Position numbers and translations under genes: made by a program. The notes under the pieces were generated by a model. The model worked only from the letters and a program-made list of their open reading frames with translations. It made no database searches and was not told where the DNA came from. DNA of 64,000 bases, from assembly GCF_008831285.2 (NCBI RefSeq), contig NC_045138.2:24738001-24802000 (forward strand). The letters are read 5' to 3'. Positions 36,392 to 47,800 of the stretch are shown piece after piece. The number at the start of each line of letters is the position of its first letter. Within the stretch, counting starts at the first letter, position 1. Origin of the DNA: Nymphaea colorata. Lineage: Eukaryota.

Positions 36392-37721
36392 ATCACAAAG
36401 CCAGCAAAACCACGAAGAACACTAGGAGCAACGAGAGCAAGCGCTGCTTGCCTTGGCCTGTAAAAATAAGAAGAAAATGAACAAATTTAAATGATCACAT
36501 AACGCAAGAGACACAACTACTAAGTATACAAAACATCCTCATCAGAAAAGACTTGGTTAGGTGACTAATTATCAATGATTGGCCTCTCTGAAGACAGTGG
36601 TAATTGAGATGCTATTACTGATGACATATTTTATGAACACCATATGAAACACAAAGAAACTCGTTAAGACAAATGATGCTTGCATTCCAAATTGTGAATA
36701 TAAGATGCTTTCCTTCAAGAAAAGGAGTTTAGATGTTCCTTTCAATTATCTTTGATTTATTATTTCAGACCTCAGCTTGCACTGATTTCAAGGGAGACAA
36801 TGTGCCATCTTAATATTTGCCTCTATTGTGAAGCACTACGTCAAAACATGATAGGGCTACATCGGAGATGGCATGAATTCACTGTTTTTGAGGACTCTTG
36901 ATTCTTTTCTGGATCTGAAAGACTAGCGGATACCCTCGTAACCAATTGAAGTACCATTCTAATTCCACATGTTTACTTATGTAAGAGTTTAATGAAAGTC
37001 CTTCTAGTATATCACCATCACAGAATTGACCACAGCATATGATTATACTCGCAACAAAAAACTTATGCTGATTGGTGGAATGAGAAAAGCGAAAGGCAGC
37101 TTACCACCCTGAGAATGTGCTGCTGTTGGAAGCGCAGGTAATGTAATTGCTGCAGTAAAAACATATAAATGGTCACAAAGCTCTACTAAGCAAATTTAAC
37201 ATATAAGTAGCATTGACTGCAACGCCTGAATTATTGCCATATTGGCAGCACATATGAAGCCCTATTTTTAATGTAAAAATAGAAAACGAGAAGTAAGCTT
37301 GGGCATTTGCAACTCCAATGGATTTAGTTGACCAAAAAAAACAACAAACAAAAAGTCAATCTGAGCATGCAACACGCACATTAAGGGCCTTGGTGACCTA
37401 ACTAGTGGGCTCCTTATGAACCTGTACAGCAAGGAAGTCACTGTATACAAAGCAGACACCAACACTGATTTAGAAGCCTCTAAATGCTGAACTCCTGATT
37501 CCAGGCATTTAAACCAAAAGTTGTTATACTGAAAAATTAAAACAAATTAACAAGACAGACTCGATATAGAAGGAAAGAAAAGCACGCAGGAGCTTAAATT
37601 TATTGCATGAGGGTGTGGACACTAAAGATGAAGACGGCCAAGGCAGATCACATGTGAAACTAAAACCTGCTGATTGATCGAACGTTGCATCTGAACGCAA
37701 GCTTGGCAACAAGCAACCAGA
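36392..37721 (-). pseudogene. Orphan last three exons of the GPI-anchored protein gene (5'-truncated duplicate)
   Basis: Homologous to 44853-46279. There is an 18-bp deletion (NDNIAA lost) and the donor GT is changed to TT at ~37598. No upstream exons are present. Confidence 0.9.
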
Positions 37722-39384
37722 TTCTAAGAGAACAAAAGAAATAGCAAAGAAAGGTAAGGGCGAAGAAGAGAAAAATACATTTCGTTTTCAGTATGAGTAA
37801 ATGCAAAAACAATTCAATCTGCCAGCGAATTTTATGGTCAAAGTGCACACAACGATGTGCATATGTATGTATGCATGTGTGCTAATGTCACAAGTATCTG
37901 CAACATTGAAAATATCAAAGTTTTACTGCCATCTTTCCAAGGGTCTGAGCATTACATACAACAAGGTAACGTCTGAAATATCAATTATTTCAACAGTAGT
38001 GTGCTGTTATCTTCCATTAGCATGCTGAAAGCTTCTTTTTTTTTTTAAGGCTAAAGAGGAGAGCAAAAAAGACAGTACGATGCCAGCCATTCGTTGCCAC
38101 AGCAACACACATGTACAACTTGAGTACCTGAGAGCATTCCAACTTCTATGTCGGTAGTATCCAACACTTGAAACTGGCAGAATAACAAATTTTTTGTTGT
38201 AAACGAAAAAAGTAGGGAAGAAGGGTTACAGAGGAATGAAGCAGCCAAATTCTTGAAAGCAAGAAGCATGAGAGATGAGGGGTTCCTCTCTGGGAAATGT
38301 TTTCAGCCACATTACACGAGCCAAATCCTTGGAGCAATACTGCGAGAAATATTTTATGAAACGCAGAAGGCTAGATGTAATTTCCCAAACGTTCTTGGGT
38401 GCACATTTTTTTTGTAAACTAAGCAAACTTTTAGATGGTTTCTGTAATTTGTTCACAAAAAATATGCCTAATGTCCCACGAACACTAACTTTAGTGTACC
38501 CAGTTTCATGTCGCAGATTTCAGTATTTAGATGTTCCTTACGCAAGGGAGGGTGTCACGAAGGAGGTCATAATTTGTCCCTTGAAGTTCTCGGCAAAATA
38601 TTTGGTAGGGTTAAAGTTTAAAAGTACACAATGCGTATATTATATCAGGACGTGAAGTTTATATACTATATAAGAAAATAGTTACCTTTGGTAATTATGT
38701 AGGGGAAAACATTTTTGGGGGCTTCCTTTTCCCTATAAATTATTTTGTGTAACTTTTTTTATTAAGGACCGTAAAAAGTGCCAAAAACTGTAAACTTTAT
38801 TAACGCGAGAAATAAAATTTATTTACTGCAATTCCTTTTAAATTTCAAATACTAAAACATTTCATTCTTTCCGCCTTCATTATTTTATTTTTCAGGCTAA
38901 CGATGGTTCGGTTCACGCTCATTTTGTTAGCTCTCATAAAAAAATCCCTGTTTGTTAGAAAAATCACAAAATGTGATCTCTTTTAGTAATTACTCATAAA
39001 GTGGTTTTCCAAAAACGTTTTCGTAATGCTTTTGGGCGCATCTACTCTCCTGTTTTCTTGTCCACCGGTTATCCATCTTTCTTTGAGTGTTCTTTGGGTT
39101 TTCCTTGTGCTTAGTGGGTTAAGTGCCCTGAACAACTGGTTTTTGTGCACATGCTGATCTGAAAGAAGGCGGATTGCCTATGAGAGAAGAGCAAAGAGTA
39201 CTCCATTCCAAAAATCTTAATTAAGACGCGATACTAAATTAAAAGCAAAACACAAGAAAAAAAGTAATGCAGGATACAACATTTACATAATTGAGATAAT
39301 TAGTTCAAACAGAAACACACATCGTCTTTGCAATGCAGGCAACGCGCATATGTATCGATGAAATTGCAGAGATGATGAAGATGG

Positions 39385-42318
39385 TCATTCCCCAATATCA
39401 AGAAATTTTCTCTGCATTGCAGTTTTGATGCTCTCATTTTGCCACTTCAGTTGTTCCCACCAAATTTTGGAGCCCTTAATCTGTTGAATCTCACCAAGCT
39501 CACGAATTGGAAGATTCGTCAGCAGCGGGCAAGACTTCACTCGTACCTCCTCTAAGAAAGGAAGGAAAGGCTCCTCCTTGCACACCATTGTTAGTCTAGG
39601 CAGGTTCTCGAGTATTACCCTTCTCAGGCAGGGGAGACCAGCTTCATCTTCTACCTCACCGTCGCCAACAGCCCTCGCTTCCATTACCTCTCCTTGAAAT
39701 ACTTCCACTATCGAAGCGCATCCCAATACCTGGATCTCCTTCAGCCTGTTTTCTTTCCCGAATATGCCGATGGGGAACAGACTCCTTAACTTCGGACAGC
39801 AGCTTATAGTGATGTGCGTCAGATTACGAAGGCTTCCTCCTCTAGGAGCTCTCCCCATCCATATGCTCTGCAAATTGGCCAAGTTCCGCAGGTCTAGAGT
39901 CTCCAACGCTCCCCATTCGCCATCTTGGTCGACGTCATCTCCTCTTATCATCAGGCTGCTAACATCATCACAGCCATGAACGAAGAGCGACTTCAGGTCC
40001 TTGAAGGAACCGCCGACTTGGGAAATCCACATGATGCCTGTGCAATTGAACAGCACCAGCGATTGAGTCCGGCGTAGCACCATCTTCACGCTTTCACTTG
40101 GCAGCAGCCCGTCGGAATTGATGACATGGAGTTCTCTGTTGTGGCGCCGCTGGAGATCGATGTCTCCTCCTATACTGAAATTGAATTGCCACAGAATCCG
40201 CCACTGGTCACCGAACTCGTTTGGAATGAGGCAAATCGGATTCTGAATATTGACGTAAAGAGCTTCCAATTTGTGCAAGGAACTTAGCTCTTCAAGTGTG
40301 GCTGTCTCGAGCTTCGCCATGCCCTCCAGGCCCCAAGAGTATGCACTTTGGTGCATGTCGAGTTCCTCAATGGCTAAGAGACATGGCATGAGGCCTCGCC
40401 GGATTCTAGTGAGCCTCTTTGTATAGGACAAGATCAAAGTCTTTAGCTGGCTCAGTTCTTCCAGTCCCTGGGGCAACTCTTCTATCTGAGTGTGGTTGAG
40501 GTCAAGCAACTTAAGCTGTCTCAGCTCCCCAATCGGCGGCATCTCCCTCAAGTATCGACAGTCCCCCAAATAGAGCGCCTGGGCGTTCACCAAAGTTGAG
40601 ATGGACGGCGGTAAAGTCGTGATCTCTGTGTGGCTTAGATCCAATACCTGAAGGGCGGGCATCCCATGGAAGAAACCATCGATGATACTCTTAAGAGGGT
40701 TATGTTGGAGGATCAGGGTCGATAGCTCCGACCACACTTGTTGTGGTTGGTCTGCAAGTGATTGTATTTGGTGACCCATCAAGGAGATTCTCTTGATGTC
40801 TTGTGGAATCATTCCCTTGGGAGGCCATTGCCTCAAAGGATTGGTTTTCTCGTCCCGGACGAAAAACTGGTGGCCTTCTTCGTCTGCCATCTTGAGTGCC
40901 ATATCCCGGACCAAGCCCAGCATCATGACGCTGCTGAAGGAGTCCCTTGCTTTCAGTAAGCAAGAGTTCCGGAACCTTTCAATTATTTGGAACCCCTTGT
41001 CCGTCGAATCTTTGCTATTGAGCTCCTCCATTAAGCCTTCCGACCTCCAGTAGGAGACAAGCCTCTTGACATTCACACTGTAGCGTCTAGAAAACAAGCA
41101 ACAGTATAAGAAGCACAACCTAGTGCTCCTATCCGTGATCCGATCGTAGTTGCGTCTCAATAGCCGGAATTGCTTGTCAACGTCGGCCACGCTCCAATTG
41201 CTCAGAACCCTCGTCACCCTCAAGGCCCTCAACTCCCTCAGCGCGTTGTTCCATATCCCAACTTCCTCTACATCCCTCATGATTTCTCCCAAGAGAACCA
41301 GAAAGAGCGGCAGCCCCTCGCATTCCCCGGCAACCTCCTTTGCAAGCGGCTGTATCTCGTGGCTTTCCACGACCTTCCCGGCCTTTTCCCGAAACAAGCA
41401 CCAGGCGTGCGGTTTGGGGAGGGGATCCACCTCAACAGTTTCATCACTCAACATCGTCTTGCACATTTCGAAGTCGGTCGTCGTGAGCAGCACTTTGCTC
41501 ATCATACTTTGATCGCTTCTGTTGGGCACTCCCACGTGATCCAGATCTAGTTTACGATGAACATCGTCCAAGATTAGCAGAAACTTTTTTTCCTTCAGCC
41601 TATTGAAGAGCATGGCGGCTCTGGTTACCTCGTTATCATGCTCCCGAAAGGTCATCTGCAGTCTCTTAGCTATCTGGTCCTGTATCCCCTTGTTACCTGG
41701 TTCCTCCTCCATGTCCACGTAGAAGACAAGCGTCTCCTTGCCTATGAGCTGGTTGTTCACCATCTTGGCAAGGGTGGTCTTGCCCACTCCAGTGATTCCC
41801 CAGACGCCGATGATTCGGATATCATCGTTGTTCAAGTGATTCATTATCCTGTTGATGACCTCTTCCCGGCCATAAACATGGGGAACAGGGAGCACTTCTA
41901 CCATGGGTGGTGGTGGATCCCTGAGAACCCCTTCCCCGTCCGTGTACTTCAGGCCAATCTCCCTCTCCGTCTTCATCTCTCCCCCGGTATTTTCAATCTG
42001 TCGGCTTAGTTCGAAGAGCAGCTTGCAGTTACCACAGTGCCGGACCTCGAACTTCTTTAGTATGTCCCCATACTCCCTTTCCAGTTTCTCCATCCTCTGC
42101 AGGGCGCACTCCACTGGTTCGGAAGGAACTTTCCCGTCCCTCTTGCCGCCTTCGACGTAGCTAATTATTTTGTTTTTCTGATACATGAGCACCTCAAATT
42201 GATAGTCGAGCCTCTGTTTGTTTTCTTTGAGCTGGATAATATCTTTCAGCTGAGGGGAGCAGAGAACGCAGAAGAGATTGCAGCCCTGTAAGATGCAAGT
42301 CGCGATCTCAAGAATCAT
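39385..42318 (-). CDS. CC-NB-LRR disease resistance protein, single exon, 977 aa (copy 2)
   Basis: Intact ORF. GITGVGKT, LLILDDV, ECEGLPL, CFLYCCLF, LRRs. Collinear with copy 1 at a constant offset of 13,820 bp. Confidence 0.95.
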   Translation of the reverse strand: MILEIATCILQGCNLFCVLCSPQLKDIIQLKENKQRLDYQFEVLMYQKNKIISYVEGGKRDGKVPSEPVECALQRMEKLEREYGDILKKFEVRHCGNCKLLFELSRQIENTGGEMKTEREIGLKYTDGEGVLRDPPPPMVEVLPVPHVYGREEVINRIMNHLNNDDIRIIGVWGITGVGKTTLAKMVNNQLIGKETLVFYVDMEEEPGNKGIQDQIAKRLQMTFREHDNEVTRAAMLFNRLKEKKFLLILDDVHRKLDLDHVGVPNRSDQSMMSKVLLTTTDFEMCKTMLSDETVEVDPLPKPHAWCLFREKAGKVVESHEIQPLAKEVAGECEGLPLFLVLLGEIMRDVEEVGIWNNALRELRALRVTRVLSNWSVADVDKQFRLLRRNYDRITDRSTRLCFLYCCLFSRRYSVNVKRLVSYWRSEGLMEELNSKDSTDKGFQIIERFRNSCLLKARDSFSSVMMLGLVRDMALKMADEEGHQFFVRDEKTNPLRQWPPKGMIPQDIKRISLMGHQIQSLADQPQQVWSELSTLILQHNPLKSIIDGFFHGMPALQVLDLSHTEITTLPPSISTLVNAQALYLGDCRYLREMPPIGELRQLKLLDLNHTQIEELPQGLEELSQLKTLILSYTKRLTRIRRGLMPCLLAIEELDMHQSAYSWGLEGMAKLETATLEELSSLHKLEALYVNIQNPICLIPNEFGDQWRILWQFNFSIGGDIDLQRRHNRELHVINSDGLLPSESVKMVLRRTQSLVLFNCTGIMWISQVGGSFKDLKSLFVHGCDDVSSLMIRGDDVDQDGEWGALETLDLRNLANLQSIWMGRAPRGGSLRNLTHITISCCPKLRSLFPIGIFGKENRLKEIQVLGCASIVEVFQGEVMEARAVGDGEVEDEAGLPCLRRVILENLPRLTMVCKEEPFLPFLEEVRVKSCPLLTNLPIRELGEIQQIKGSKIWWEQLKWQNESIKTAMQRKFLDIGE

Positions 42319-43154
42319 AGTCGGGCAACGAAAAATCCGATCGGGAAACTTCTCTTGTGATCAGCCGGGGAGGAAGGATGCGTCAATGGCTCACTCAACG
42401 AAGTCGTTCAACGCGACGGGATGGCTGACCGAACGTGACGCACGAGTCCGACTCACGATGTTGAAGAGGAGAGCGGCAACGGGAAATCACCTTTTCTTCC
42501 AATTTTTCTTGGGCTCGTAGTTGTCCGTAATTGAGCACGCGTTTGGAATTTTTTCCTTTTCGAACCCTTTTTGCTTTTCAATTTCTAGCAAACTAAGCAT
42601 CTTCTTGTTCTCAGTTATTCAACATACCAAGACCGATCTAAGTCTCTTAAATTTTCCATATTTATCTACAGTAACTGGCATCACGATGTAGATCGATGTT
42701 TGTTTGATTTCGTGCCTGATGTAACGTAAGTTTCTTTCTTATTCATTGCTTCTGCATGTGAACCATCAACTATTCATTTGTTGGACTGATCTTTCGTCCA
42801 TTTGAATTATTATAAACAGAATAATCATGTTTGCCCTCAAATTATTGGAATCCGACATTGACAACTTTGGTTGGAACAGTTTGGATGTGCTATTATTGGT
42901 CTCAAAAGGACAATTTGCATCATATCAGCTGGACTGCATCGTAAAAACCTGCAAGAGGATTTTCGATGTAGACATTTTAATATGTAATCTTATTGGAAGC
43001 GACCAAAAGAGCTCCATCGGCCAGGAATTAAAAACTTTCTCAAGTTAAAAAACCTCAAGACTTGGACCCAAAAAATGAAAACCCTTTTCATCTAAATGGA
43101 CTACGGCAGTTCAGGTAAAAAGAGCTCGATCGAATTATTAATTCTCAATTTAAT

Positions 43155-43240
43155 TTTCATGGGTACTATTCATCTGAACTGTGCATGATATTCAAGTTTC
43201 ATGGGTACTATTCATCTGAACTGTGCATGATATTCAAGTT
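43155..43240. repeat. 42-bp perfect tandem duplication upstream of NLR copy 2
   Basis: tttcatgggtactattcatctgaactgtgcatgatattcaag occurs twice. Confidence 0.9.
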
Positions 43241-44852
43241 GAAAGATTAGACCCTATAAGCAATGGAAAGGGGTGGCTTTCGTCTTTTGCAGACTATTAC
43301 CGAATTAGTTAAACCAAAGTACCAATCTAAACCCATTTACAATGTTCTCAGTGCCTACTTCAACAAGGTAAGCACACGTGTATTTCCTGTTCTCTAGATA
43401 TGAGCCCGAGATCCAACAAAATTTGAGTTTAAGACATGTAATATCTTGTCTAAGTCTGCTCAGACTCGACTTTGTTTTGAAAAGGTCAAGAGTCCGAACC
43501 TGAATCATGTGGGACTTACCGAATCCAAACTGCAATCCACACCGATGCTTGTTCAAACATTTAGTTACTTGTTCAAACATTTAATTCGGACTTCTTAGTA
43601 ATTCAGAAAGAGCATTTCAAAACAATTCATTCTCCGCAACATTTAAAAATCGAAAATCCAGTTTGTGGAAAACGACCTGCAACTGCTATTGACACATAGG
43701 AACGTGACGGATCGGTCTAAGCTTACCAAGTCAGAGGTAGTCGAACTCGTCTTATCGATTCGAAACGGAATGCAATTTTATACACCATATCGAATTCCTC
43801 CGACATTTACATATAGCCAGATTTGAGAAGTCGAGATCGTGGCCGGGGATAAACTTGAGACTTACCTTAGACAATCCGCTAAGACATCTTAAACTGATTA
43901 GACCTACGCCTTATTCTATATTAATCTTAATGGCACGAAACTTGAGTTGGAGCCTTCCTCAAATCTACATACTCCTATTATAACCTTTGAATTTTGATCT
44001 ATTTAAGATTTTGAACACCTAGGAATGTGACAATTTCCTTCCTTGATACATATTCCCTACAAAATAACTGATCGAAGATGTATATCTGAGAGACTGACAG
44101 TTCATCTATGTAGTTGTGGGTAAAAGTGCTCCCGAAAAAAGGGGGAATCTCGTGGTCATGATCCATGCCTAGTCCGCGAGAGTTTGTCGACCCAAACAAT
44201 AAAAATTATGCAGATCTGATGGTTAAATGTGTGTGTATGTGTGTGAATGAGTGAGAAAGAGAGACAGAGACAGAGACAGAGACAGAGAGACAGAGAGAGC
44301 CAGAGAGCTCGTGCACCAAGAATTCGATCTTCAGACTATCAAAAGCAAAGAAATTAAAGGAAGAAAGAAGTTTTCTGGGGCTACCACCAAGCGGTGAATA
44401 AATTGTATTACGAAATTAAGGGCAATTCATGAAGTGACTACAAATGAACGTCAAGATCAACTCTAAATCTGGAGCCACCATATGCGTACAAATGAAAACA
44501 GATATTCTAGAAAAGGAAAAATGAAATGAGAGGAAACGGAGAAACTATACGCTGTCGGTTGCACTATACAATTCCATTGGAGGAGAAGGCTCTTTTATTG
44601 AACATCTGACAGGAGAAATGCAATTGGAATCCCAAAACCTATAAACAAATGATGGGTCATATCACCTGAAAGCAGCACATTCGTGACCGAGATCTTCATC
44701 TAGTTTAACTACAAATTTCTTTGCATGGAGTGGAGAACGTTTATCTGCTTGAAGAGGATGGTGTATTTCTGCAGACGTGTGCTTCAAAAAGCATGCAGAT
44801 ACATGCATGCGCCCATGAGAGAGAGAGAGAGAGCACCAAAAAACCAAGACAA

Positions 44853-47800
44853 TCACAAAGCCAGCAAAACCGCGAACAACACTAGGAGCAACGAGAGCAA
44901 GGGCTTCTTGCCTTGGCCTGTTAAAATAAGAAGAAAGCAACTGAACAAATTGAAATGATCACATAACGCAAGAGACACAACCAAGTATATAAAATATTCT
45001 TATCAAATAAGACTTGGTTAGGTGACTAATTATCAATTATTTGTCTCTCTGAAGACAGTGGTAATTGAGATGCTCTTACTGATTACATATTTTACGAACT
45101 AAACACCATATTAAACACAAAGAAACTTGTTTAAAAATTGATGCCTTGCATTCCAAACTATCAATATAAGATGCTTTCTTTCAAGAAAAGGAGTGTCGAT
45201 GTTTCTTTCAATTACCTTTGAGTTATTATCTCACCTAAGCTTGCACTGATTTCCAGGGAGACAAGGTGCTATCTTCATATTTCCCTCTATGGTGAAGCAC
45301 TAGGTCAAAATATGATTAGGCTATATCGAAGATGGCATGAATGCATTGTTTTCATCAACAAAGTTTTAACAGATTTTGAGGACCCTTAATTCTTTTCTTG
45401 GCCTAAAAATGCATATAACCTAGTGGATACCCTTGCAACCAATTCAAGAACGATTCTAATTTCACATGTTTACTTATGTAAGAGTTAGTGCTCCAACCGA
45501 TGCCACCAACCTTCAGCTACAACGAAAGTCCTAGTATATCACCATCACAGAATTGACCACACCATGATTGTCCTCACAACAAAAAATTTATGCTGATTGG
45601 TAGGATGAGAAAAGTGAAAAGCAGCTTACCACCCTGAGAAGGTGCTGCTGTTGGAAGCGCCGGTAATGTAATTGCTGCAGTATAAACATATAAATGGTCA
45701 TCAAATTCTACTAAGCAAATTTAACATATAAGTGGCATTGACTGCAATGACTGAATTATTGGCAGCACATATCAAGTCCTATTTCTAATGTAAAAAATAG
45801 AAAACTAGAAGAAAGCTTGGCATTTTCAACTCCAATGAATTTAGTTGACAAAAAGCAAAACCAAAAAGTCAACCTGAGCATACAACATGCACATTAAAGG
45901 CCTTGGTAACCTAACTAGTAGGCTCCTTATGAACATGTACCGGAAAGAAGGCACCGTATACCTAACTAGTAGACTCCTTATCAACATGTACTGGAAAGAA
46001 GTCACCGTATACAAAGCAGACACAACACTGACTTAGAAACCTCTCAATGCTGAACTGATTTCAGGCATTTAAACATAAAGTTATCATACTGAAAAATTAA
46101 AACAAATTAACAAGACAGACTCGGGATGGAAGTGCAGAAGAGCAAGCAGGAGCATACATTTATTGCATGAGGGTGTTGACACTAAAGATGAAGATGGCCA
46201 GGGAGCAGCAATGTTGTCATTCAGATCACATGTGAAACTAAAACCTGCTGATTGATCGAACGTTGCATCTGAAGGCAAGCTTGGCAACAAGCAACCAGAT
46301 TCTAACAGAACAAACAAAGACAAAGGTCAGATTCAAGAAGAGAAAAATACATTTCATACTTCAAAGATTAGTAAATGCAAAAACTCAATTCACTAGAAAA
46401 ATTGTATGGTCAGTGCCGTGCAACGATATGCATGTGTGCTATGTCACAAGTATCTGCAACATTCTGAAAATATCAAAATTTTACTGCCATGTTTCCCAGG
46501 GTCCGAACGTTACCTACAAAAGGTAACGTTTAAAATATCAACTAATTCAAAAACAGTGTGATGTTATCTTCTATTAGCATGCTAAAAGCATGTTTTTTTT
46601 TAAGAATAAAGAAAAAAACAAAAAAGGTAGGCCAACGTCAGCTATTTTTTGTCACACACACATTACAACTTGAGTACCTGAAAGCATTTCAACTTTTATG
46701 TTGGAGTATCCAACACTTTCAGAAACTATGTAGCACTCCTCATTTTGTAGAATACCATAGGTAACTGCAATTCTTCTTTCTTTCACTCGCAAGTATGAAC
46801 AGCTATATATTCACGTTTATATGGTTAAATAATCAACTTTGTAAGTACTGCAATCCAACCAAGGCCTGTCCAAAGAGGGAGTCAAGCCTGAATATGAGGT
46901 GCTTCTACCTGGTTCACATCCAACTAGTGGTGGTAAAAAATGGCATATGATTTATTGGGTCAGGATAGGCCTGAACAAAATGCAGTGAGACCTGAATTTA
47001 ACATACCGCCACTTTGTCCACATCCAACTAGTGGTGGTAAAAACATGGTACTCGACCATGTGGCTAATCAAGTAAGAACATTTAAATGCATAACTAAATT
47101 CAGTTCCTAAACATGTTGCAGACTGTGCTTAGGCCTAAAAACTGAAAGCAGATCCAGATCAACTCTGTAAAGGAGACCCTACATGTCTACTTACCTCTCA
47201 AATGCTAACAAGAACTAATACTTCATCTTGTATTAACTTGAAAAATGAACAGGAGGATGGATGTCAAAGCGTATGTTGTCAGGGAAAAGCCTGACTTAAT
47301 AAATGGGCCAAGAAAAACACATTTACATGGATTAATCATAAAAAATAGACAACAGCATACTATTGATCATTGGTGCACTGATTCCGTTAGTAAGATGTAC
47401 TCAGGAAAGACCTGTGTACGTGAATGAGAAAGAAGTGGAGGACATCTGGCTTCTATATTCTGCTATACGGATAAATATGTTAGCTTCTTGTCAGTTTTTG
47501 AACTGATGCTTGCATTTATGAAACAAACCAGCATCAAAGGCATCACACCATCCTCGCAGACAGATTCTGTTAGGCATGATGCCTCGGCCGTCTCGGTTCC
47601 ACCACCTATCATATCCCACCACCCTTAGGTGAAGTTGTTCAATGCCTCAATAAACTCAGATATCATGTCAACAGTAGTGCCTCCAACACAACAGATGATG
47701 CCTTCAGGATTATGAAAACTTGAGGATACAACAATACATGTTTGTGCATGTGGGATTGTTTGACTGCATTCACATGCTTGTGTGCAAGTTTCATGCTACT

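Larger units (their letters stand above)
24359..38175. repeat. Tandem segmental duplication, unit 1 (NLR 3' flank, NLR, upstream region, ~4.9 kb extra sequence, 3' end of GPI gene)
   Basis: 24359-28520 matches 38183-42340; blocks in 29170-30870 match 42410-43903; 35728-38175 matches 44134-46727. Confidence 0.9.
38183..46727. repeat. Tandem segmental duplication, unit 2
   Basis: Counterpart of unit 1; it continues into the intact GPI gene. Confidence 0.9.
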
